Part shown: in pieces, positions 40,069 through 49,846 of the stretch
Position numbering within the stretch: the first letter of the stretch is position 1
Layout of the letters: the number at the start of each line of letters is the position of its first letter
From: Spirochaetia bacterium
GTDB taxonomy: Bacteria > Spirochaetota > Spirochaetia > DSM-2461
Direction: 5' to 3'
Length of the DNA stretch: 64,000 nucleotides
Assembly: GCA_963666985.2 (NCBI GenBank)
Contig: CAXXIA010000002.1
Span: 1,184,001 to 1,248,000 of the forward strand
Translations under genes and position numbers: made by a program
Notes under the pieces: model-generated
What the model was told of the DNA's origin: nothing
Seen by the model: the letters and a program-made list of their open reading frames with translations, nothing else
Databases searched by the model: none

Positions 40069-42183
40069 CTAAGCCTCCGCGGATGATTCCAGCCTAAACC
40101 GATCCGCGCTTTTTATAATGCGATCCATGGAAGAGCCGAGTCCTTCAATCATCTCCGTAATGTCGGCGGCGGCATTGCTCACGGCATGCGTGATGGAAGA
40201 GAGTCCTTCAAGAGACTCCGAAATTCGGCCGCTTCCGTCCGACATATGATTGGTATGTTCGATCATTTGATAGAATCCGTCGGCCGTTAGGCGAATTTCA
40301 TCAACGAGGGAATTAACAGCCGCTTCGGCCCTCTGAATCGTTTCCCGCCCTTCTCCGGTGCGCTTCATCAAATCACTTAAACTTCTGTTCACCGATCGGG
40401 CATTCTCGCTCACGCCATTGGCCAAGTTCTTCATTTCTCCGGCCACAACCGCAAAGCCCCGTCCGGATTCTCCGGCATGCGCGGCTTCAACGGCCGCATT
40501 AAAAGAAAGAAGATTAGTCCGAGAAGCAATATCATCAATAAGCCCTATCATATTGCCGATCTCGGTAATGGAATCCGCAATCATGCCGATAGCTTCCACG
40601 GTTTCCCGCATATCTTTTTCACCGGAACCGGCGGCCTGAACAAGATTACTCAAGGCATTCTGTCTCTCGGCGGCCCGCTCCGCCAAATCACGGATGGTTT
40701 CCAGCATCCGTTCGATGAATTCGGACGATTCGACCAGGGAAAAAGTCTGATGACTCACGTGCGTATTAACGTCCTTCAGCTGATTCTGGATTCCGTCCAT
40801 AAGACCATGACAAGTCCCGATTTCTCCGGTGAGATTCTCATAGAGAGACGTGATGGCTTCTTTCTCATCCAGAATCATCTTGTAACGCGTATGATGGCAG
40901 TTCTCCGGCTTGTTCAATCCGTTGAAAACGGCGACGGCCATATGCTCGCAGCTTTCATAACCGCAGGCATGGCAATTCAAATAATCTCTCTTCTCCGTTT
41001 TCCTCATCCGCCGATAAATTTCATTCAGCTGATCCTTATCCGGGATACGAAGAGCCGAGCTTCCGGAGCGGTCCTGATAAGCCCGATCGTAAAGACGGGG
41101 TTTCCAGAACTCCCGTATCCGGCGTTCCATGACTCGGGAAGCTTTATCGTCCTTTACTCCGTCGGTTCCGTGCTCTTTTCGCGCTTGCCGTTCACGGCGG
41201 CGAATATCGTATTCCAATTCATCAACCGTTTTCTCGGACGTTAACGTTCCCGGACCGCCGTTGCATCCCCGTTCGCAATTCAAACAGTCCACCAAAAGCG
41301 GCTGCACGCCGAGTCTGACGGACTCGGGAAAAGAATCGAGATAGGAGTATACCACATCTGAGCCTTCAATTTTCCGTACCTGATCGACAATACCGCCGTT
41401 CTCGCGGGCGACGGTTTCCTTCAATCCCCCAGGTGTGGAGAATCCGACGGCTCTCTCTCCGCGCGGACCGTCGAAATCCCGTTCCGGAAACTCCGAGAGC
41501 TTGATTCCTTCTTCCTTCAGCCAGGAATCCAAACCGCGGAACGTAACGTTCAGGGCGTTCGGCCGAACATCATCGAATTCACGCCTCTTGGCCAAACATG
41601 GAGAGAGAACGACGATACGGTATCCGGAATATTTCGGGAAAAACTGTTCAACCATCTTGATGGTATGAAGCATCGGACTGTCGGCGGGAGCCAGATACGG
41701 AAGAAGGTTCGGCCGATATATTTCAATATAAGAGACCAGTGCCGGACACGGCTGGGCGATAACGGAATCAGGATTCTTCGCTTTGATGTAATCCAGATAA
41801 GACGCAACGGTTAACTCGGCACCAAATCCCACGTCAAAGAACGCCGCAACCCCTTTCTTCTCCAGAAAGCCGAACACGTTTTTCCATGCGTCGGGAAAAT
41901 TCGCCGCGACGGCCGGAGCCGCGACGGCCACGAATTTCTCGCCGGAATCCAAAGCCGATCGGAACAACTCCGTATCATCCAGCGGTACACGGGCATCATG
42001 AGAACAGGCCTCGATACAGCGGCCGCAGCCGATGCAGAGATTATGGTTGATCGTAACCGTATCTCCCGAACCGTCGATACAGTACTTCACCGGACAGACG
42101 GCGATACAGCGATGACAGTTCACGCAATTCTCTTTAATCACACCGATAACAGGTGCCAATTCCGTTTTGATTTTCATTTCCAT
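40069..42183 (-). CDS. Sensory [FeFe]-hydrogenase-like protein fused to a methyl-accepting chemotaxis domain
   Basis: Two [4Fe-4S] ferredoxin motifs; H-cluster-like 'AQPCPA', 'SPCLAKRRE', 'DCLNCERGCNGG'; FeS 'CHACGYESC'; MCP hairpin 'IASRTNLLSFNAAVEAAHAGESGRGFAVVAGE'. Confidence 0.88.
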   Translation of the reverse strand: MEMKIKTELAPVIGVIKENCVNCHRCIAVCPVKYCIDGSGDTVTINHNLCIGCGRCIEACSHDARVPLDDTELFRSALDSGEKFVAVAAPAVAANFPDAWKNVFGFLEKKGVAAFFDVGFGAELTVASYLDYIKAKNPDSVIAQPCPALVSYIEIYRPNLLPYLAPADSPMLHTIKMVEQFFPKYSGYRIVVLSPCLAKRREFDDVRPNALNVTFRGLDSWLKEEGIKLSEFPERDFDGPRGERAVGFSTPGGLKETVARENGGIVDQVRKIEGSDVVYSYLDSFPESVRLGVQPLLVDCLNCERGCNGGPGTLTSEKTVDELEYDIRRRERQARKEHGTDGVKDDKASRVMERRIREFWKPRLYDRAYQDRSGSSALRIPDKDQLNEIYRRMRKTEKRDYLNCHACGYESCEHMAVAVFNGLNKPENCHHTRYKMILDEKEAITSLYENLTGEIGTCHGLMDGIQNQLKDVNTHVSHQTFSLVESSEFIERMLETIRDLAERAAERQNALSNLVQAAGSGEKDMRETVEAIGMIADSITEIGNMIGLIDDIASRTNLLSFNAAVEAAHAGESGRGFAVVAGEMKNLANGVSENARSVNRSLSDLMKRTGEGRETIQRAEAAVNSLVDEIRLTADGFYQMIEHTNHMSDGSGRISESLEGLSSITHAVSNAAADITEMIEGLGSSMDRIIKSADRFRLESSAEA

Positions 42184-42377
42184 GGGATGTCCTTAGGTGA
42201 AAAAAAATTAGTATTTCCATAAAGCGTAATTGAAGCCCTTCCGTATTTCCTGAAGAAATTATGAAGACATCGTTATCAAATGATGAGATAAGCTGTTTTC
42301 CGTAAGAAAATTCCAATAACAAACAATTATTCTATTTACTTTCCCGGTTAATCCTATTCACCGGCCGATATCAATTC

Positions 42378-43124
42378 CTAAACCTCAATTAAGGGAATAC
42401 TTCTTTTCAGTAAACCGGTTACGTTCTCCACATTGGCCGAAAACACTTCCAGAACGGCTTCCCAGCTTACCGGCTCTTCTTCGATTTTCCAGCAATCGTA
42501 GTCGGTACACATGGCCACCGCGGCATAGGGCAGACCGGCTTCATTAGCCAAGGCGCATTCGGGCGCGACGGACATGTTAATCACATCGGCCCCCCAGGAG
42601 CGAAACATCATCGATTCCGCCCGAGTGGAAAAACGCGGCCCTTCTATGGTAACGACGGTACCCTTAGGATGAAATCGATAACCGGATTCTTCACAGCCGC
42701 GGGTTAAAACCTTCCGAAGCCGTGCATCGAAAGGTTCGGCCATGGCCGTATGCTTCACGTTCCCCGCCTCGAAACTCTCGAAGAAGGTCAGAGGCCGCAG
42801 CCTCGTGAAATCGATGAATTGATCGAGCACCACCAAATCACCCCGCCCGAATTCCTCCCGAAGAGATCCGACCGCGGTCGTGGCCAGAACGGCCGTACAG
42901 CCCAGATCCATCAGAGCCCGGATATGAGCCCGGTTATTCACGAAGGTCGGAGGAACGGTATGATGCCGTCCATGCCGGGCCACCAGCGCCGTCTCAATCC
43001 CGTTTATCAGGCCAACGCGAATCGGCGAATGGGGCTCTCCCCAGGGTGTGGTAACGCTGACTTCGCGAACATCCTTAAGAATGTCCGGATGATCCAGACC
43101 GCTTCCGCCGATGATTCCGATCAT
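42378..43124 (-). CDS. mtnP: S-methyl-5'-thioadenosine phosphorylase
   Basis: 'GIIGGSG', 'RHGRHHTVPP', 'EGPRFSTRAES', 'TDYDCW'. Confidence 0.92.
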   Translation of the reverse strand: MIGIIGGSGLDHPDILKDVREVSVTTPWGEPHSPIRVGLINGIETALVARHGRHHTVPPTFVNNRAHIRALMDLGCTAVLATTAVGSLREEFGRGDLVVLDQFIDFTRLRPLTFFESFEAGNVKHTAMAEPFDARLRKVLTRGCEESGYRFHPKGTVVTIEGPRFSTRAESMMFRSWGADVINMSVAPECALANEAGLPYAAVAMCTDYDCWKIEEEPVSWEAVLEVFSANVENVTGLLKRSIPLIEV

Positions 43125-43248
43125 ACGCTGCCGCTCCTATTCTTTTGCCAAGTGCCGCCGACCGCTCCGACGATTCGTCCGTCAAAGGGTTCGCCGACGG
43201 CATGTCCCCGGCCGGACTTACCGGCCGAACGGATTTCCCGGCCGCAGT

Positions 43249-44403
43249 TTATACCATATCATTGAAGACCTGCACACATTCGGGAAAAAGTTCGGCAATC
43301 CCCTCGCGAGTCGCCGCGCAGACTCCGCGTTCGGTGATCAGTCCGGTAATCAGCCGCCGGGGCGTTACGTCGAAAGCCCAATTCCGCGCGCCGCTTTTCT
43401 CCGGACAAATCAGCACTTCATCGGGGCGGCCCGTGCTTCGGGAAAGCCCCCGCACATAACGCACTTCCTCGGCGTTCCGTTCCTCGATGGGAATTTCCGC
43501 CGTGCCGTCGTCCATATTCCAATCGAAGGTTGAGGAGGGAAGGGCTATGTAAAAAGGCACACCGTTGTCGGCAGCCGCAAGCGCCTTCAAATAGGTTCCG
43601 ATTTTATTCGCCGCGTCGCCGCCGGAGGTTACCCGGTCCGCTCCGGTAATCACAAGATCCACCAGAGCATGCCGCATCAGATGCCCGCCCGCATTGTCGG
43701 CGACGACATCATGAGGTACGCCGTGACTCCCGAGTTCCCACGCCGTCAGAGCCGCTCCCTGCAGCCGGGGCCGGGTTTCATCAACCCAGACATGAACGTT
43801 CAAACCCGCATCGTAAGCCGCATAAATCGGCGAAAGGGCCGAGCCGTAATCCACGAAGGCCAGCCACCCGGCGTTGCAGTGCGTAAGAATATGCACCGGC
43901 TCGTTCCGGCGGCCGTCCTTATCTTTTTGAAGGCGAATTTTTTGGATGATCCCCAAGCCGTGAGCGCCGATGGTTCGGCACATCTTCGCGTCTGCCTCCG
44001 CGATGTCCGAGGCGCCTCTTTGAGCCGCCTCGCGGGCGGCCCGCGGATTCCAGTTCTCGCCGGACATGGCATCCAGCTGCCGCCCGACGGCCCAAGCCAG
44101 ATTCACCGCCGTGGGCCGCGTCCTCATCAGCTTATCTCCGGCCGTCTCAACAAAGGCCCGAAATCCTTTCGTATCGCCCGGAGCCATCACGGACGCGGCC
44201 CACATGCCATAGGCGGCCGTAGCACCGATCAGGCCGGCCCCGCGCACCGCCATATCGGCGATGGCCTGTGCGTAATCCTCCACGGTCCGTAAATCCAGAG
44301 TAACGAAACGGTGAGGCAGTTCCCGCTGATCGATGATGCTCACAACGCCGCTTCGGCCCTCTACGGGCCAAATCGTCCGGTAATGACGGCCGTTAACGTT
44401 CAT
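43249..44403 (-). CDS. mtnA: S-methyl-5-thioribose-1-phosphate isomerase
   Basis: 'MAVRGA', 'RPTAVNL', 'THCNAGWLA', 'DETRP.LQGA.LT', 'NKIGTY'; start MNVNG at 44403. Confidence 0.92.
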   Translation of the reverse strand: MNVNGRHYRTIWPVEGRSGVVSIIDQRELPHRFVTLDLRTVEDYAQAIADMAVRGAGLIGATAAYGMWAASVMAPGDTKGFRAFVETAGDKLMRTRPTAVNLAWAVGRQLDAMSGENWNPRAAREAAQRGASDIAEADAKMCRTIGAHGLGIIQKIRLQKDKDGRRNEPVHILTHCNAGWLAFVDYGSALSPIYAAYDAGLNVHVWVDETRPRLQGAALTAWELGSHGVPHDVVADNAGGHLMRHALVDLVITGADRVTSGGDAANKIGTYLKALAAADNGVPFYIALPSSTFDWNMDDGTAEIPIEERNAEEVRYVRGLSRSTGRPDEVLICPEKSGARNWAFDVTPRRLITGLITERGVCAATREGIAELFPECVQVFNDMV

Positions 44404-44655
44404 GAAGCCATTATAGCGGCGTATCGGCGGCAGGGAAACGTCGGAACGATATCGACTTCCGCGCATGCCTCCTCGCAGCGGATCGGCACAGGCGAATGCC
44501 GGGAGGCGGAAGAGGCGCCTTTCCTCAAATCAAAGCACCCTAAGCGGTCTTGAGACCGGCGGTAAATCAAGCGGCTTCGGGGGTCACCCCTAAAAAAGGC
44601 CTCGATCCTCGCCGATCTCTTGAAATTTTCCCCCCGTCACCGTCATTGTTATTCC

Positions 44656-46014
44656 ATGCACGTTTATGTAAACAGATTGTTGAATTTCAAGAAAATCAAG
44701 GTCGTGGGATTCGACATGGACTACACACTCGTGGCCTACGACATCGCGGCATTCGAAAATCTCGCCCACACGCTGGCGATAAAAAGGCTCGCCGAGGATT
44801 ACGGATACCCGAAGGCCGTTGAGAAACTCACCTTCGATAAAGAGCGGGCCATCGTGGGTTTGGTAATCGACAAGCGCAACGGGAATCTGCTGAAGCTCAG
44901 CCGCTTCAATAAGGTGAAGATCGCTTATCACGGTCTCGAGGAAATCGATTTCCGGCAGCGGGCCAAGATATACAGGGAACGGGTTATCGACCTGCGCGAT
45001 CCGGATTTCCAGAGTCTGGATACGGCCTTCGCCATTTCGAACGGTGTCCTTTACGCCCAGCTGGTTCAGCTGAAAAAGGAAGGTGCGCCGCTACCGGATT
45101 ACGGAACGATGGTCGACGACGTGAACAACTGCATCGACTCGCTCCATAAGGATGGAACCATCAAAAACATCCTGAAGGCGAATTTCGATCACTATGTTAT
45201 TCGCGATCCCCAAACGGCGGCCATGCTGGAACGGCTGAAGCTTTACGGCAAGAAGCTGATGATCATCACCAATTCCGATTACGACTATACCAAAGCCCTG
45301 TTGGATTACGCTCTGAATCCCTACTGGAAAAACGGAGGAGACTGGAGGGATTTTTTCGACCTGGTGATTACCTTCGCGGACAAACCGCGTTTTTTCCAGG
45401 GACGCAACCGATTTCTCCGGGTGGATCCGGAAACGGGAACCATGAGCAACCACGAAGGGCCCGTGTCCGAAGGAATCTGGCAGGGCGGATGGTTCGGCGA
45501 TGTTCAGACGGGTCTGGATGTTCCGGGTGATGAGTTCCTCTACCTGGGCGACCATATTTACGGCGATGTGGTTTCCATCAAGAAAACCTGCGACTGGAGA
45601 ACCGGACTGGTGCTCGGCGGGCTGGAAGGGGAATTGGAGTCCATTCGGGCCACGCAGGGCATACAGGCGGAAATCGACCGGCTGATGAATCGCAAGCAAT
45701 TCCTGGAAAAAGAATCGGATGAGGCCGAAATGATCCGAAAAGAAGGCGGAGAGGCGCGTGTGCCCTCCGGTCATGCGGAAGAACAGGACAAACTCAATCT
45801 TCGCGTTTCGGAACTCCTGGACGAATTAAAGCCGCACTTCAATCCTTATTGGGGCGAGATTCTCAGAGCCGGGATTGAAGAAAGCCGATACGCGACTCAA
45901 GTTGAAGACTATGCCTGTATCTACATGACCAAGGTCTCCGACCTTTATAATTATTCACCGCGAACGTATTTCCGGCCGCCGCGGCGGATGCTGGCGCATG
46001 AAATGGAAAATTAA
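44656..46014 (+). CDS. HAD-IG family 5'-nucleotidase (cN-II/NT5C2-like)
   Basis: 'VYVNR.L', 'GFDMDYTL', 'ITNS', 'KPRFF', 'GDHIYGDV'. Confidence 0.9.
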   Translation: MHVYVNRLLNFKKIKVVGFDMDYTLVAYDIAAFENLAHTLAIKRLAEDYGYPKAVEKLTFDKERAIVGLVIDKRNGNLLKLSRFNKVKIAYHGLEEIDFRQRAKIYRERVIDLRDPDFQSLDTAFAISNGVLYAQLVQLKKEGAPLPDYGTMVDDVNNCIDSLHKDGTIKNILKANFDHYVIRDPQTAAMLERLKLYGKKLMIITNSDYDYTKALLDYALNPYWKNGGDWRDFFDLVITFADKPRFFQGRNRFLRVDPETGTMSNHEGPVSEGIWQGGWFGDVQTGLDVPGDEFLYLGDHIYGDVVSIKKTCDWRTGLVLGGLEGELESIRATQGIQAEIDRLMNRKQFLEKESDEAEMIRKEGGEARVPSGHAEEQDKLNLRVSELLDELKPHFNPYWGEILRAGIEESRYATQVEDYACIYMTKVSDLYNYSPRTYFRPPRRMLAHEMEN

Positions 46015-46102
46015 ACGGAGGCGTGAGTCCGTGCCGCGGATATCGCGGATCGTTGACTGCGGAAAGGAACGCATTCGACTCCATAAATCTTTCGCGGCAT
46101 TC

Positions 46103-47490
46103 TTATTCAACCGAAATATCGGAGACGATCTCATCCATTTCCCGCTTCAGATGATTCATTCCCTCTTCAACCGAAGAATACTTTCCCGCCACGATATCCT
46201 GAAGCGTCTCGGCCCATTCGGTGGTTGTCTCAATAAAATGCGGTTGAGGCGTGAATTGAATATACGTTCCCGCCACGGATTCCTCGAAGGTTCCGGTATA
46301 TCCTTCCATGCCGCTCAGTACGTTTAGCGACTGAGCGCGTTCAAAAGCAGAAGTTCTCGGCGGATTAAAGCACAGGGCTTCCGAACATGCCCATTTAAGA
46401 TGGTCCTTGCCGGTGAAATATTGAAGAAAAAGCCAGGAGGCAAGTTTATGCTCCGAAAATTGATTAACGGCCATAGCCCAGGTCCAAAGATTTGTCCGTA
46501 ATGCCTTATTCCCTTCCGGAAGAGGAGCCCTGGTCCAGACCAAATTTTCCCGTTCTCCGGCGGTTCCCGAATCCAACACAATTCCGAGAATATCCGCGTC
46601 AAAAATCATGGCCGCTTTTCCGTTTATCAGATCTTCACCGGCTTCATACCAGTAATAGCTTGACCAATTCGGAGGGCCGCCTCTTCGAATCAAATCAACC
46701 CAGTCTTCGGTCATCTTAACGGCTTCGGGCGAATTGACTTGAGATTCCAGTTTTCCATTTACAACTTCAAAATCCACGGCACCGTAATTGGTATACGTCG
46801 TCATGTACGCCGGATGAATCGTTCCCCAGTTCCTGGCCCCCCGGAGAGCCAGCGCATAGGTTCCGGGGCCGTCAAATTCATGAAGCCGATCACACAGGAG
46901 TTTCAGCTCTTCAATCGTTTCGGGCGGCCGGAGTCCTCTTTCATCAAAGATTCTTTTGTTATAGATCAGACAATTACTTTCAAAGCCCAAAGGAAGAGCC
47001 CATAACGGGCCGGTTCCGATCCGGTGTCCGGGGATTAAATCCCATCTGAGGGAACTGATAATCCCGCTATAAAAATCATTAAAATCGAAATAAGGGAAAT
47101 TCAAATTGACGTCATTGACGAATTCATCCAGGCTCTGAATGTATCCTGACTTCGCGTAATCCCAAATCTGATAAGCTCCGGTCATGAAGAGATCCGGGTG
47201 ACCGTCGGTACAGTTTAATTTGACCGTTAATTCATCAAAATAGGTTGTCTCGGGGCTGATTGAATATGTTACCCGAATACCGGTCAATTTTTCAAATCGG
47301 GGTATTTGCCGAATGATTGCTTCGGCATAAGAATGCCGATTAAAACAAACTTCGATGGATTCACCTTCCGCCTTTTTCCAGCTGAAACCGGATTCCGCCG
47401 CCTGTTTCTTGATGTTTTCAACGGAATTCATATCCCGACAGCTCGAAAAGAACAAAAGAAGAGCCGCCGTGAAACAAAAGAAGAAGCGCC
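46103..47490 (-). CDS. Sugar ABC substrate-binding lipoprotein (paralog of 47869-49308); start codon unclear
   Basis: Lipobox 'LFFSSC'; the body is highly similar to the upstream paralog ('PDLFMTGAYQIWDYA', 'GARNWGTIHP'). Confidence 0.8.
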
Positions 47491-47814
47491 TGAAAAGTGG
47501 CTGGAAAAGGCGTGCTGTTTCGCGCCGCGAAAGAAATGCCGGAACGGTTTGGAGCGCGGAGAGCACGCAAGACTCACAGTTCGCCGACTCCGGACGAGCA
47601 AGGGAGGCGGAAGCGGTGCTCAAACACGGTACGCGCATCACCGAGCCGACGCGGGGCGATGCGGAGCGAGCAGGGAAAGCACGGTGCGGCAAACAGGGCC
47701 GTACCGCAGGCCTGTAATACCGAAAAACGGATCGGGCGGGAACCTCATGAGTATTTCGAGCACCACAGGGAGCCGCATACGGCGTTATCAGGTTCTTTTT
47801 CAACAACCTGATAA
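47487..47814. mobile_element. Possible GC-rich MITE/REP-like insertion in front of the second SBP
   Basis: About 330 bp with no counterpart in the paralog and a non-protein-like translation; terminal hairpin TTATCAGGTT(47785-94)/AACCTGATAA(47805-14). Boundaries and TIRs are uncertain. Confidence 0.35.
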
Positions 47815-47868
47815 ATAAGAACGGAATGCTTTGAACCGTAACTTCAACCTCCTCTTACAAAAAGTCCC

Positions 47869-49308
47869 TTATTCAACGGAAATACCGGAAACAATCTCAT
47901 CCATTTTCCGTTTCAGATGATTCATTCCCTCTTCAACCGTAGCGTATTCTCCCGAAACAATATCCTGCAGAGTTCCGGCCCATTCGGTGGTGGTCTCAAT
48001 AAAATGAGGCTGCGGCGTGAACTGAATATACGTTCCCGCCACGGATTCGGAGAACATATCGGAATAGCCTTCGTATCGACTCAAAACATTTTGGAACTCA
48101 GGACTTTCAAAAACCGATGCTCGCGGCGGATCAAAGGACCGGCCCTTTGTACAAGCCCATTGAAGATGTTCCTTACCGGTGAAGTATTGCAGAAAAAGCC
48201 AGGCGGCCAGTTTCCGCTCGGAAAACCGATTCATCGCCATGGACCATGTCCACAGATTGGTCTTAACATCACAATCACATTCCAGGAGAGGAGCCCGGGC
48301 CCATGCCAGGTTGTTCATTTCCTTGGCGGTTTCCGAATACAATATAATTCCGACAATGTCCGCATCGAAAAGCATGGCCGCTTTCCCGTTTATAAGATCT
48401 TCACCGGCGTTATACCAAAGATAATTCGACCAGTCCGGGGAGCCTCCCCTTCTGATCAAATCAACCCAGTCCTCAGTCATTTTAACGGCTTCCGGTGAAT
48501 TCACTTGCGAAACAAGGCGCCCGTTCTCTACAACGAAATCCACGGCACCGTAATTTGAATAGGTTGTCATATAACCCGGATGAATCGTTCCCCAGTTCCT
48601 GGCCCCCCGAAGAGCCAGAGCATAAGTCCCGGGGCCGTCAAATTCCTGAAGCTGATCACACAGGATTTTAAGCTCTTCAATCGTTTGAGGGGGCTCAAGT
48701 CCTCTTTCGTCAAAAACTCTCTTATTGTATGTCAGACAATTACTCTCAAAACCGAGCGGAAGAGCCCAGAGAGGACCTGTTCCGACACGATGACCCGGCG
48801 TTAAATCCCATCTGAGAGAACTGATAACACCGTTGAAGAAATCATTAAAATCGTAATCGGAAGAAACAAGATTTGAATCATTGAGAAGATCATCAAGGCT
48901 TTGAATGTATCCCAAGACCGCGTAGTCCCAAATCTGATAGGCCCCGGTCATGAAAAGGTCCGGACGTCCGCTTTCGCCGCTCAATTTGACATTCAGCTCA
49001 TCAAAATAAGTTTTTTCCGGTCTTATTGAATATGTCACCTTGATGCCGGTCAGCTCTTCAAATCCGGACAATCTTTGAATAATGGCTTCGGCATATGAAT
49101 GTTGATTGAAGCCGACTTCCAGAACTTCACCCCTCGCCATTTTCCAACCGAAGCCGGTATCCGCCGCCTGATTTCTTATATGTTCTATCGAATTAATTTC
49201 AAAAGAATCGGCATCCTCTTTTTCACGGCAGCCTGAGAACATCAAAATGAGGAAAAAGGGGAAACAGAGGATAGCGATAGTCTTAGTGAAAACAGCTTTT
49301 CTTTCCAT
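47869..49308 (-). CDS. Sugar ABC substrate-binding lipoprotein
   Basis: Lipobox 'MFSGC'; 'FEELTGIKVTY', 'WALPLGFE', 'AAWLFLQY'. Confidence 0.88.
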   Translation of the reverse strand: MERKAVFTKTIAILCFPFFLILMFSGCREKEDADSFEINSIEHIRNQAADTGFGWKMARGEVLEVGFNQHSYAEAIIQRLSGFEELTGIKVTYSIRPEKTYFDELNVKLSGESGRPDLFMTGAYQIWDYAVLGYIQSLDDLLNDSNLVSSDYDFNDFFNGVISSLRWDLTPGHRVGTGPLWALPLGFESNCLTYNKRVFDERGLEPPQTIEELKILCDQLQEFDGPGTYALALRGARNWGTIHPGYMTTYSNYGAVDFVVENGRLVSQVNSPEAVKMTEDWVDLIRRGGSPDWSNYLWYNAGEDLINGKAAMLFDADIVGIILYSETAKEMNNLAWARAPLLECDCDVKTNLWTWSMAMNRFSERKLAAWLFLQYFTGKEHLQWACTKGRSFDPPRASVFESPEFQNVLSRYEGYSDMFSESVAGTYIQFTPQPHFIETTTEWAGTLQDIVSGEYATVEEGMNHLKRKMDEIVSGISVE

Positions 49309-49846
49309 AATCCTATCCCGCCTCTTTGCCCCTCCTGAATCCTGCGTTTCTTGTTAATAATACTAATTCGATTTTTTCCGAAAGTAAATTTTATGCACAC
49401 CCGCTTTCTTTTAAACATATTGAGGCAGGCCGGAGCAAAGAGTTGAGTATCCGGATATCCAAGGTTTACATTCTCATTCGCGGAATACACGGCGTCAGTT
49501 AATGCCGTCCGGACTGTTGGTATGAAATTATTTTCGGTCGACTCTTCAAAATCCTCGATTTTACCTATAACGGCTTCGGCCTTTGATAGTGCTTGAAGCC
49601 GGCCTCTTCGGCCGTACTCTCCGATGGAATCCGGACGAATCCGGATTTGCCGCCATTTTTTGCAAATTATACAAAGTTTGACTTATTTCGTTCCATCGTA
49701 TGATTTTACATAGTGTATTAATCATTTTCTAATCTTATATTCATTTCTGCCGGCGGCAAACAAGCCCTCGGCCTCGGGATACGCCAAAAGACATGTAAAA
49801 ACTTGCATTGGAACTCTTTCTCCGTATAATTCAAAAGGGATGATCT

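Noticed and set aside
40069..42183. Energy-conserving H2-evolving hydrogenase
   Set aside because: The P1-P3 motifs deviate from catalytic group A enzymes and the protein is fused to an MCP domain.
47491..47806. N-terminal extension of about 100 aa in the 567-aa ORF as a real protein domain
   Set aside because: It precedes a lipoprotein signal, is absent from the paralog, and has non-protein-like composition.
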